Shown: positions 16,544-24,624, counted from the first letter of the stretch. The stretch: 47,546 nucleotides of DNA from Candidatus Micrarchaeota archaeon (GCA_013360305.1 JABWCK010000004.1:1-47546); one strand, 5' to 3'. The notes: generated by a model not told the origin, from the letters alone. Made by a program: numbers and translations.

Positions 16544-16571
16544 AAACTTTTAAGAAAAGTTTGATCAAATT
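16544..16571 (-). promoter_or_regulatory. palindromic A/T promoter-like module (copy 3), abutting tRNA-Val +1
   Basis: Minus strand reads TTTGATCAAA-CTTTTCTTAAAAG-TTT, immediately followed by G1 of tRNA-Val (zero-nt gap). Confidence 0.55.
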
Positions 16572-16604
16572 TTTCAGAAAAAAAAAACTAAAATTTAAGC
16601 AAAC

Positions 16605-16613
16605 AAAAAAAAA
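16605..16613 (-). terminator. oligo-T tract downstream of the HIT gene
   Basis: T9 run on the minus strand about 32 nt after the HIT stop codon, with a second T10 run at 16578-16587. Oligo-T is the usual archaeal termination signal. Confidence 0.35.
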
Positions 16614-16644
16614 CGCAGTAATTATAGTGATGAAAAGGGTTTTT

Positions 16645-17085
16645 CTACCTTATTCTTGCCTTGATTTTACTAGCTAAACTAGTTAATTCAACAAGAGAAG
16701 GCTCTCTGCGAAGAGAACCCTCATGCTTCAACGCCTTGTCATAAAGATCGTCGCCCATTCTACGCGGAACTAAATGCAAATGCAAGTGTCTCAAAACAAG
16801 AGTGCTTTCAGGCAAGAACGGGCGAAAATGCTGACGCAAGTCAACACCCTCACAACCAACGCCATCCATTAACGCCTTCTCTAATTTACCAATTACTTTA
16901 ACCAAGTCAAAAGCAGACTCGTGATCCAAGTCAATAAAACTCTCAAAATGCTTTTTAGGAACAACCAACAAGTGACCATCCACTAACGGGTACTTGTCCA
17001 TGAAAGCAATTACTGACTCGTCTTCAAAAACAATAGCTGCATCTAGCTTATGCTGACTAATAGAACAAAAACGACATGCCTCCAT
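16645..17085 (-). CDS. HIT-family (histidine triad) nucleotide hydrolase
   Basis: 146 aa with the triad HLHLHLVPR and an N-terminal CRFC zinc-like motif. Confidence 0.8.
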   Translation of the reverse strand: MEACRFCSISQHKLDAAIVFEDESVIAFMDKYPLVDGHLLVVPKKHFESFIDLDHESAFDLVKVIGKLEKALMDGVGCEGVDLRQHFRPFLPESTLVLRHLHLHLVPRRMGDDLYDKALKHEGSLRREPSLVELTSLASKIKARIR

Positions 17086-17169
17086 GAAAAAAATTTGAGA
17101 AACAGAGTTAAAAAAACTTTTTAATGCAACTTTTTGGTAAAGCTTTGTTGGGTTGAAAGCCTTTTTGAT

Positions 17170-17190
17170 GCAACTTTTCCTAAAAGTTGC
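17170..17190 (-). promoter_or_regulatory. perfect hairpin GCAACTTTT-NNN-AAAAGTTGC directly 3' of tRNA-Ala
   Basis: 9-bp stem with 3-nt loop, starting 1 nt after the tRNA-Ala discriminator. It is related in sequence to the promoter palindromes. It could be a 3' processing/termination hairpin or part of the HIT promoter. Confidence 0.35.
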
Positions 17191-17191
17191 A

Positions 17192-17263
17192 TGGACTCGA
17201 CGGGACTTGAACCCGCAGCCTCCTCCATGCCATGGAGGCGGTCTGCCATTGACCTACGAGCCC
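17192..17263 (-). tRNA. tRNA-Ala (anticodon GGC)
   Basis: 72 nt. Acceptor GGGCUCG/CGAGUCC includes the G3:U70 alanine identity pair. Anticodon stem CCUCC/GGAGG with loop AUGGCAU. T-arm GCGGG-UUCAAGU-CCCGU. Confidence 0.9.
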
Positions 17264-17295
17264 AAATTTTCTTTAAAAAGAAAATTTGATTAAAG
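17264..17295 (-). promoter_or_regulatory. palindromic A/T promoter-like module (copy 4), abutting tRNA-Ala +1
   Basis: Minus strand reads TTTAATCAAA-TTTTCTTTTTAAAGAAAA-TTT, immediately followed by G1 of tRNA-Ala. Confidence 0.5.
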
Positions 17296-17327
17296 AAACC
17301 TTTTTTGCTGAAAAAGCTTTACCCTAA

Positions 17328-17383
17328 ATTTAAAGGGGGTGACGAGTACACCGAAGTAGGGGGTTTCCCCCTAGGTTGGTGAT
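17328..17383 (+). repeat. GC-rich G5/C5-hairpin element, copy C (between Alba stop and tRNA-Ala promoter)
   Basis: Plus strand reads AAAGGGGGTGACGAGTACACCGAAGTAGGGGGTTTCCCCCTAGGTTGGTGATC. It shares AAAGGGGG, ACGAGT, CGARGTA, a G5/C5 hairpin and a GGTxG(R)TC tail, in the same order, with the minus strand of copy B. Confidence 0.55.
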
Positions 17384-17677
17384 CTACTTTTTGAGTGTTA
17401 GTGTGACGCTTGATACTCTACTGTTTGAACCATCTTCTGATTGTAGTTCTTCAGTAGTGACTTTGAATCCGGTTATTTCTAGCGTGTTGATGAATCGGTG
17501 TTTGGCTATTTGAGTAGCATCTACCGCGCGACTAATTGCAGCGCCTCTGGCTTTTACTTGAATTTCAGTCGAGCCTTGGTTGAATTTAGTGACTATTGCT
17601 AGCACGTAGCTCATTACGTTCTTGCTGCCGACGTAGATAATGTTTCCATCTGGTTTTTGTGTTGATTGGTCTTCCAT
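17384..17677 (-). CDS. albA: DNA/RNA-binding protein Alba
   Basis: 97 aa. NIIYVGSKNVMSYVLAIVTKF...IQVKARGAAISRAVDATQIAKHRF matches the Alba fold signature. GAGGTG SD lies 8 nt upstream of the ATG. Confidence 0.85.
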   Translation of the reverse strand: MEDQSTQKPDGNIIYVGSKNVMSYVLAIVTKFNQGSTEIQVKARGAAISRAVDATQIAKHRFINTLEITGFKVTTEELQSEDGSNSRVSSVTLTLKK

Positions 17678-17764
17678 TTTTGATTGACACCTCGAGTTTT
17701 TTGTGTAGGGATTGAATAGGAAAAAAAAATTGAAGAAATAGTAAAATAAGGAAAGAGAGTGTTT

Positions 17765-18589
17765 TTAGTTGTTTCCTTTCTTTAAGTAAAGCAACGTGCT
17801 GATGAACATGTTTCTTCCGCCCTTGCCTGAAGAAATCATTGTACCTGGGTCGAAGGCGAAGTACATGGTTTTTCCAGCTAGCAAGCCCTTGCTTTCGATT
17901 ATTGCGAATTCAGCTGGTCCTACTGGATTGTTGCCGTACTCGTCAACGTAAGCTAGTACGTCAGAGTTTGGAGTTGGAAAGATTGAAGTAACTGTTCCAC
18001 TGAATTGCAAGCCTTGCAATCCGTTAAAGATTGGGTGGTCTTGTGAAATTATTCTTACTCTGCCGTTAACGCTTCTTGATTCTGGGCCAACGATTTCATG
18101 AGCTTGAATGTTAGACAACTTGACTGGCACTACGTCTTTCAAGACAAAATCCCAACCGTAAACAGTTCGATCGTCATGAACTCGAGTGCAAGCGTTGCCA
18201 ATTAATAATAATTTCTTTCCGCCTTGAACAGCGTCGCGAACTGCTTCTCTTGCAGTTCTGTCGCAGAAGATTTCTCCTTGCATGATAATAATGTCAAAAT
18301 TCTTTAGCGAGCCTTTAACTACTGCTTCTTGAGGCAATGCAGCGATATAAGTAATTCCAGCAATTCTAGCGTCTTCGCTTCTTAATTCTTTTAATAATGC
18401 TTCTGAAGGAGTTCCTAGTACTCCAACATTAATGCGAGAACCCGGCAACAAGTTTCCTACAACGGGAACACTGCTTAAATCCAAGTAGCCAAACCTTGCA
18501 GCAATGAATAATCCTAGTACTACAATCAAAATAAGAGGTATAGCGCTCTCCATGAATGGTTGACCAGCTTGTCCTTTTGTTCTCGACAT
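17765..18589 (-). CDS. N-terminally membrane-anchored protein, paralog 1 (possible class-I glutamine-amidotransferase-like/ThuA-like fold)
   Basis: One TM (IPLILIVVLGLFIAARF), then RINVGVLG, FDIIIMQG, GGKKLLLIGNA, HPIFNGL and GKTMYFAFDP. Each block has a counterpart in the neighbouring 309-aa protein. ATG at 18589 follows GGTGGTG and is preferred to the TTG at 18604. Confidence 0.45.
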   Translation of the reverse strand: MSRTKGQAGQPFMESAIPLILIVVLGLFIAARFGYLDLSSVPVVGNLLPGSRINVGVLGTPSEALLKELRSEDARIAGITYIAALPQEAVVKGSLKNFDIIIMQGEIFCDRTAREAVRDAVQGGKKLLLIGNACTRVHDDRTVYGWDFVLKDVVPVKLSNIQAHEIVGPESRSVNGRVRIISQDHPIFNGLQGLQFSGTVTSIFPTPNSDVLAYVDEYGNNPVGPAEFAIIESKGLLAGKTMYFAFDPGTMISSGKGGRNMFISTLLYLKKGNN

Positions 18590-18679
18590 TTTTTGCACCA
18601 CCAAATACTAATATTTTCTTTTTCGAAATCGTTAAGTTTATAATATTTAATAGGCGGTTTCCAGCTTAATAAACTTTGT

Positions 18680-19609
18680 CTAGCATGTAACGAGGTAATC
18701 GAACAAGTTATTCACTAAAGCAGGAGAACGAATTTGTTCTAGTGGCACTGCAAAATAAATTATCTTGCCGGCATAACGCGATTCGAATACTGCAGGGTAA
18801 AACTCGTTGCCGTCTTTCAAGTCAGCGATTAAAGTTACTCTAGAATCGTCTTGTTTTACTAAAGCGTACTTAGGAGAATTGAACGAAACGTTAACGCTCA
18901 AACCATTATAGATAGCGTGATTGCGCAAGATTCCTCTTAATTCTACTACGCCGGAAGCGTCTTTGACGCGAATGAATTTAGCGGCGACTATTGGTTCTAA
19001 AGCATCAAATCCTTGAATCAATGATTGATTATACAATAAAGCGTACCATTGTTGTTGTTTGGCTTCAGCTAGTCTAGACTGGTACTCGAGTGAACCGATT
19101 GAAATGTTTTCTATGAGTAATTGTTCGTAAAACGAAGCGTTTTGTTCACGGGCAGTAATCAAATCAAAGTCGTCAACGTAGTGTTGCGTTCCAGAGTCGC
19201 CAATCCACACTATTGTTCCGCCTCGAGAAACGTAATCGTTTATTGTTAATACTTGGCGGGATGAAATAGTCTTGGCTTTCATGAAGATTACTGCGTCAAA
19301 ATCACTAAGCAGGCCCTGGCTAGTAGTATTGATATGGTATAGTTGTACTACTGAATTAGGCCGGACTGTTCTAAGAAATTGGTATAATTCTTGTTCATTT
19401 CCGATTCCGTCATCGCCGTAAACGATGCCTATTCTAGAGTGGGATTGTTCTACATAATCGCAGTAAATCTGGCACCAATTACCGGGAACTTGAGAACAAT
19501 TAATCCATTGAAACTTAGTCAAGACTATTAATAATATGACTAAAAGTATTGCCGCAATTAATACGTTAGGCAATTCCTTTGTTAATGATTCAAGCGCTCG
19601 ATTAGCCAT
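18680..19609 (-). CDS. N-terminally membrane-anchored protein, paralog 2
   Basis: One TM (VLIAAILLVILLIVL), then RIGIVYGD, FDAVIFMK, GGTIVWIGDSG, HAIYNGL and GKIIYFAVPL, collinear with the 17765-18589 product. Confidence 0.45.
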   Translation of the reverse strand: MANRALESLTKELPNVLIAAILLVILLIVLTKFQWINCSQVPGNWCQIYCDYVEQSHSRIGIVYGDDGIGNEQELYQFLRTVRPNSVVQLYHINTTSQGLLSDFDAVIFMKAKTISSRQVLTINDYVSRGGTIVWIGDSGTQHYVDDFDLITAREQNASFYEQLLIENISIGSLEYQSRLAEAKQQQWYALLYNQSLIQGFDALEPIVAAKFIRVKDASGVVELRGILRNHAIYNGLSVNVSFNSPKYALVKQDDSRVTLIADLKDGNEFYPAVFESRYAGKIIYFAVPLEQIRSPALVNNLFDYLVTC

Positions 19610-19647
19610 TAATAGAAAGTAATTGCTTAGAGATTATTAAAACTAAT

Positions 19648-19809
19648 TCACTGGCCAACAGTAAAGCGAAGGGCAAATTCTAGTATGATGAAAGCAATAG
19701 TGAATCCGACTACTAGCTTGGGATCCATTATTATAGCACTGCCAGTAGAGTCCTTGAAGGAAGTAATTCCCGTTTGGCTTTGAGGCGTGTAAATTTGTTC
19801 TAAACCCAT
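19648..19809 (-). CDS. secG: preprotein translocase subunit Sec61-beta (archaeal SecG)
   Basis: 53-aa ORF missed by the track. Reads MGLEQIYTPQSQTGITSFKDSTGSAIIMDPKLVVGFTIAFIILEFALRFTVGQ. It fits the Sec61-beta pattern: G(L/I)xx(Y/F)xD...P..V then a tail-anchor TM ending E..L. Confidence 0.7.
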   Translation of the reverse strand: MGLEQIYTPQSQTGITSFKDSTGSAIIMDPKLVVGFTIAFIILEFALRFTVGQ

Positions 19810-19846
19810 GTAAAGACTTTGTTTTCAAGCTAATAAATAGTTTTGC

Positions 19847-20365
19847 TTAAATCAATTTATACAATCCTTGTTTTTTTTCTAACAATTCGCCGTTTTCTTT
19901 CAAGACGAATACAAGGCTTTGTGCCGCTTCTAAACTTATTTTAAGGAAGTCGGCTATTTCTTGCACTCTACAGTCTTTTTCCTTCATGAAAGCATAAAGC
20001 TTAGGCGATTGTTGTTCGAGAAACCACTTGCTAACAATGTAATAACGCTTGTCGAAGCCACGTACGCCCAAGACGTTGCCGGATTTTATTTCAGGTTCTA
20101 ATTGAATAGATAATTCTTTGGCTTTTTCTTCATCTTGAACTACTAAAAATCCTTTATCAAGCAAACCCGTCTTCTTTGGCTTTACTTGGTGGTCAGGAAC
20201 TAGTGGGGCGAGTTCTTTCTTTAATGATTCTTTGAATACTAAAACAAAAACGCCAGGCTTGACTTCTAAAAAATCAACATCATCATTAACCCTAGCCGAA
20301 ACAGCTTTCGCTACTGAATCAGGCAATACTATAGCTAACGAATCACCGTGCTTGAATACTCGCAA
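19847..20365 (-). CDS. AbrB/SpoVT-domain protein with C-terminal winged-helix-like region
   Basis: N-terminal VFKHGDSLAIVLPDSVAKAVSARVNDDVDFLEV fits the swapped-hairpin AbrB/MazE motif. The C-terminal part (CRVQEIADFLKISLEAAQSLVFVLKENGELLEK) looks wHTH-like. TTG start lies 5 nt after AGGTGGG. Confidence 0.45.
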   Translation of the reverse strand: MRVFKHGDSLAIVLPDSVAKAVSARVNDDVDFLEVKPGVFVLVFKESLKKELAPLVPDHQVKPKKTGLLDKGFLVVQDEEKAKELSIQLEPEIKSGNVLGVRGFDKRYYIVSKWFLEQQSPKLYAFMKEKDCRVQEIADFLKISLEAAQSLVFVLKENGELLEKKQGLYKLI

Positions 20366-20415
20366 AAACCCACCTTAAACAAAAAGAACTGGAAAAAATA
20401 TAATACTACGCACAA

Positions 20416-21441
20416 TTATTCGTTTGAAGCAATTCCTTTTTGCTTCAGGAAGTTAACTGCTTCAGAATGAGTTTTAGGCCAACTAGCAAGCTTAACACTT
20501 GGATTGAAACCTCCGGAAACTAATTGTTCTAATCCGGAATAATCAAGTTCGCTCAGTTTAGCAGACGCAACTTTAGAAGCAAGAGAGTTGCTCAAACCTT
20601 GATTGGCCAAATAGCTTAATGATGCCCTATGCAATAACGCTTTAGCAAGTTCTTCCTTATTCGGATTTTTACTAGGAGAATAAGCCAAAGTTGAAATGAT
20701 TTCGGCAGCAGGTTCTGAAACAATTTCTTTAGGAAAAATACTTACTCCGCTAAAACCAGATTGAGAAGCGTGTTCATGCAGTTTAGCATAATGTGCTGAA
20801 CCAAAACAAACTAAAACACTCATTTTTTGACCTTTTAAATCAGGATATCTTTTTATTAAATCCGAACCAAGACTAGAAAAAGCAGACTTTAAATAATCTT
20901 CTCTATACCTATCTCGTTTCGATTCTAAAACTAAAGAATTCTTAAATAACTCAATAGCTCTAGACAAATTTCCATCAACTAAATGACTCGAAGCGTGATT
21001 GTTAAGTTCTCGGACTTGCTTATCCATCGAGTTTAACTGATCAAATTCCTTTTGAGAATAACGCTCTATGAAAAAAATTTTAGAACCACTATTTTCAGCA
21101 GTCTTCAAAACTCTTCCTAAAAAGGGATGGTGAGCATAAGCAGGATAATGCGTTTCGAAATTATTAGTTCCAAATTTAGACTCAATATCACGATGTACTT
21201 CTTCTCTACCGATACTTTCCAAAACAACCACAGATGGGTTTAGTTCATTAATTTTCTGCACAGCCTGATCTGCATCACTAGCGCGTTCATGATATGAAAA
21301 AGAAAAAGTAACTTTCGCCCTGGAATTATTAAGATTATTTACGTGGTCAACATACGCCCTATGGCCAAAAACGCCTAGAGCTAAAGTAGTCAATACACTT
21401 CCAACTGCAACGACTTTCCTAAACGAAAAACGATCTTTCAT
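20416..21441 (-). CDS. membrane-anchored protein, possible TraB/Tiki/ChaN-superfamily member
   Basis: N-terminal TM (VVAVGSVLTTLALGVF). Ordered candidate motifs FSYHE, VVLESIGREE, SKRDRYRED and VLVCFGSAHYAKL resemble the GxxH...E...RD...GxxH layout of that superfamily. The assignment is weak. Confidence 0.3.
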   Translation of the reverse strand: MKDRFSFRKVVAVGSVLTTLALGVFGHRAYVDHVNNLNNSRAKVTFSFSYHERASDADQAVQKINELNPSVVVLESIGREEVHRDIESKFGTNNFETHYPAYAHHPFLGRVLKTAENSGSKIFFIERYSQKEFDQLNSMDKQVRELNNHASSHLVDGNLSRAIELFKNSLVLESKRDRYREDYLKSAFSSLGSDLIKRYPDLKGQKMSVLVCFGSAHYAKLHEHASQSGFSGVSIFPKEIVSEPAAEIISTLAYSPSKNPNKEELAKALLHRASLSYLANQGLSNSLASKVASAKLSELDYSGLEQLVSGGFNPSVKLASWPKTHSEAVNFLKQKGIASNE

Positions 21442-21557
21442 TCAACAAAATTCAGTAAAACCAAAATAAAAAACCATTAGACGAAAAATGAACGAAAAAT
21501 AATAATTTGCTTTAACTCGATTAAGGTTTTTTAACGCGTTAACTCAAGAACAAAAAC

Positions 21558-23966
21558 ATGAAAAAAATACTGTTTTTGTTGTTGCTTTCAGTTTTTTCCC
21601 AAGCATTTTTGTCTGAATACAATTACTTGTTAGATGAACCGAAGGAATTCTTTTACCCTTGTTTTCCGAGCCAGCCTGAAATTTCTACAAGCCTTGGCTC
21701 TACAGAATTCAAACAAGTCATTCTCTTATTAACCGAGGCAAAGGAGGAAATAAAAAACGCGCAAACAGACGTAGCAAACAGCTTGATTATAGGCAATCCC
21801 ATCAGCAACCAGTTGTCTTGCAATGATAAAATGAAAAAAGCAGTAAAAAAAGCTCTAGAAGCAGTAAAAACTGCCAATGACTTGATTGACGAGAAGGCAA
21901 TTGTTTTGGAAAACGCGTTTTCAGAAGAATACCCCGGACTAGCTTCGGGAGTAATAAGTGAATTAAAAAGTGAAAGCGAAAAAATTCAAAAACAATCGAC
22001 AAACGGCTTGTCTGGAGACTTGGTTTCTTTAAACAAAAAACTAAGGGATTGGACGGCCTCCTATCAAGAAATAATAAACAAAGTATTCGAAAACAAAGGA
22101 ATACTATTCAAGCAGAAAGAATTAATCGAAAAAACAATTAATGGATTGAAACAATTAGAAAAAGAAAACAATGAATTAAGCAAGCAAAGTGATTCGAAAC
22201 TACAGGGAGCTAGGAAAGAATTTAAAAAAATCGATTCGCAATTGCTTGAAGCAATAAGTGATTTTGATTCAGGCGAAAAAACGCTGGTTTTTGACTGGTT
22301 TGATTCTAGGGAATCGTTTTCTGAAGTAAAGCAATTAATCGACTACGCAAATCAAGACCGAGAGCAAGCGTTGAAGAAAATAAAATCTTTAGAAAAAGGA
22401 TTCATTGGAGAAAGCAATGCTTTGCATGAGAAATCAGTAAGCGAGTCAGAACAAGCAATCCTTAAAATCAACGAATTAGAAAGAGAAGCAACAAGGATAG
22501 AAAACAACTTGGATGAAGAAACCAGTTTACTGGAAAGAAAAATAGACGACAAGCTAGACGAAGGTTCTTTTTCAACGATTAAAATCAACTATAACAAAAA
22601 AACTTTTTCCGGAGCAATTGGCAAAAGAATCAAAGATAAGTACAAATACTCTGAAGAATTGAAGGAATTGTTTTCAAAAATAGATAAGAATGATTTCTTA
22701 AAGATTGAAACGGAATCTAAAGCAGAACAATTGCTTAGCCTAATAAAAAACAATGATGATTTTTCTGAAAAAGAAAAAATAATCCAGGAATCTTTGAAGA
22801 ATTTGAATTATGCTGACGAAAGAGAACAAGAATTCTTGTATGATACAATAACCCGAACCGAGGCGGAAATTAAAGCAGAATTTTTAGAAGAATACGGTTG
22901 GATGCAGGCAAGCGCTGAAGAATTGCTTTCGCTGAGTCTTCCAAAAAAACAAGTTGATGCAGTGAAAAACGCTTTAGACTTGTTTACTTCAAGCAACGAG
23001 TTAGACTTGTCTAAAAGCAAAGAATTTGAGAAAGCTAGTGAAAACTTAAACCAAGCAATGGATTACGTTAAAGAAAATACTCCAGAACTAATTAGCTGGA
23101 ATCTTGAGGTGGAAAAACAAGAGCAGGAAATTGATTACGTTGATAAAACCGTTTTTCAAACCAAAATTACATTCACTAACCCGACTAGTTTGAGCACTGA
23201 AGAAAAAATTAAGACTAGTGAAAAAACTAGTGATGAAATAGTTTTAGGAGACGCAATTCAAGAAAATAATTTTATAATACTAAACGGAATTAACGCGTTT
23301 GAACAAAAAACAATAGTAACCGAAAAAACTACTTACTTACCTATTGAGGAATTCGAACAAACAACTATTACACCAACTATCACAACTCAACCTATCCCCG
23401 AACCAACACCAGACTTGAGTAGCGAATTCGCTTACTATCAAGAATTGTTGAAAAACAAGAGTGAAATAGAAAAAACTATGGATGCAGCTTTTGCTGGCGA
23501 TTCTTACGCGCAGAAAAGCAGTGTTGAATACCAAAAGACTCAATTGTTGATTAAAGAAATTAACACGTTGCTAGCGCCGGTAGAAAAAGCATGGCAGGCG
23601 GTGAATTCCGGGAAGAAAAACTCTTATTCTAAGGAACTAATTCAAAAAAACTTGGAAGATGCTAGAAAAAACTTAGAAGAAACAACGGAAGTAATTGAAG
23701 GTTTTAAGTCAAAAGCAGAAAACGAGGTTTCTTTAGCGGATGAAAAAACTAGCGATTACGCTATACAAGATAAAAGCATTATTGAAGACGCTAAAACCGC
23801 GTTAAAGAACGGTAATTACTTGACTGCTTTGACTATTGCGAAGAAAGTTTCTCCAGAAAAACAAAACTCAACCGACTACTTGCCATTAGGTTTCGCAGGA
23901 GTCGCTTTAGTAGGCGGCGCCACGTTCTTGTTTTTAAAATACAATAATGGAAAAAAATTGTTTTAG
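21558..23966 (+). CDS. large secreted coiled-coil-rich surface protein with C-terminal membrane anchor
   Basis: 802 aa. Signal peptide MKKILFLLLLSVFSQAF and long Glu/Lys/Leu heptad-like stretches. Thr/Pro linker TTITPTITTQPIPEPTPD. C-terminal LPLGFAGVALVGGATFLFL followed by KYNNGKK. Confidence 0.55.
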   Translation: MKKILFLLLLSVFSQAFLSEYNYLLDEPKEFFYPCFPSQPEISTSLGSTEFKQVILLLTEAKEEIKNAQTDVANSLIIGNPISNQLSCNDKMKKAVKKALEAVKTANDLIDEKAIVLENAFSEEYPGLASGVISELKSESEKIQKQSTNGLSGDLVSLNKKLRDWTASYQEIINKVFENKGILFKQKELIEKTINGLKQLEKENNELSKQSDSKLQGARKEFKKIDSQLLEAISDFDSGEKTLVFDWFDSRESFSEVKQLIDYANQDREQALKKIKSLEKGFIGESNALHEKSVSESEQAILKINELEREATRIENNLDEETSLLERKIDDKLDEGSFSTIKINYNKKTFSGAIGKRIKDKYKYSEELKELFSKIDKNDFLKIETESKAEQLLSLIKNNDDFSEKEKIIQESLKNLNYADEREQEFLYDTITRTEAEIKAEFLEEYGWMQASAEELLSLSLPKKQVDAVKNALDLFTSSNELDLSKSKEFEKASENLNQAMDYVKENTPELISWNLEVEKQEQEIDYVDKTVFQTKITFTNPTSLSTEEKIKTSEKTSDEIVLGDAIQENNFIILNGINAFEQKTIVTEKTTYLPIEEFEQTTITPTITTQPIPEPTPDLSSEFAYYQELLKNKSEIEKTMDAAFAGDSYAQKSSVEYQKTQLLIKEINTLLAPVEKAWQAVNSGKKNSYSKELIQKNLEDARKNLEETTEVIEGFKSKAENEVSLADEKTSDYAIQDKSIIEDAKTALKNGNYLTALTIAKKVSPEKQNSTDYLPLGFAGVALVGGATFLFLKYNNGKKLF

Positions 23967-24008
23967 TTCTAAATAAACATTAATAATACGCTTGCGTAAT
24001 TCGTTAAC

Positions 24009-24617
24009 ATGGATTTGTCGTTTATTCAAAAATTGTTCGAGAAAAAGAAGCCTAAACTGCATATGCTCAAATGGGGCTTGCCGGAACAAAGGCTAGTTGC
24101 CGAAGTAAAGGACGCGGATAAAACAGTGTACGCGTTAAAGAAAAACAAGGCTAAATTTGTTTCTGGCGGGGAATTCATTGACAGAATTCACGCCAAACAA
24201 CTGGGCGAGACAGCTTTTACTTACTTTATTGTTCGCACTGAAAAGAAAACCGAAAACGAGACGATATTGTTTGACGGCTACATGGCTCAAGAAGAAGAGC
24301 AATTAAATCTACAGCTTCAAAACAGTTACTCAATAGAAGAAGACTTAGATAACTTGGGTTACGCTGAAGCAGTAAACCGAGAAGTAATAGAGTGGAGATT
24401 TAATTATTCACTAATTAAAGCAAGCGTGTTTGAAATAGATGGGTTTGGTTCATTCATAGAAATAGCCATTCCTAAAACGAAGCTTGTACGCACTAGAGAA
24501 AATCAGGAAAAGCAGGCCTTCGAATTGTTGGAAAAAATAGGAATAAAAAAAGAAGAAGCAATTCCGACTGACGTAATAACTCTTCAGCTAGTACAATCAA
24601 TGCAGGAAAAAAAATGA
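24009..24617 (+). CDS. CYTH-domain protein (class IV adenylate cyclase/triphosphatase-like)
   Basis: 202 aa. The C-terminal FEIDGFGSFIEIAIP resembles the CYTH LD.v.GLG.FvEIE strand. The N-terminal AEVK is only a degenerate ExExK. Confidence 0.4.
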   Translation: MDLSFIQKLFEKKKPKLHMLKWGLPEQRLVAEVKDADKTVYALKKNKAKFVSGGEFIDRIHAKQLGETAFTYFIVRTEKKTENETILFDGYMAQEEEQLNLQLQNSYSIEEDLDNLGYAEAVNREVIEWRFNYSLIKASVFEIDGFGSFIEIAIPKTKLVRTRENQEKQAFELLEKIGIKKEEAIPTDVITLQLVQSMQEKK

Positions 24618-24624
24618 GACGGTT

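Noticed and set aside
16462-16677. 71-aa plus-strand ORF
   Set aside because: It is antisense to tRNA-Val and its A/T-rich promoter region and has a Lys/Phe-rich composition artefact.
19643-19828. 61-aa ORF from the track (MKTKSLHGFRTNLH...)
   Set aside because: It is out of frame with a much better 53-aa Sec61-beta-like ORF at the same locus, and it has no motif or SD support.
21533-21544. 12-nt perfect palindrome TTAACGCGTTAA upstream of the 802-aa surface-protein gene
   Set aside because: It is a single occurrence and short, with no second copy in the window to support a regulatory motif. It is noted only as a possible operator.
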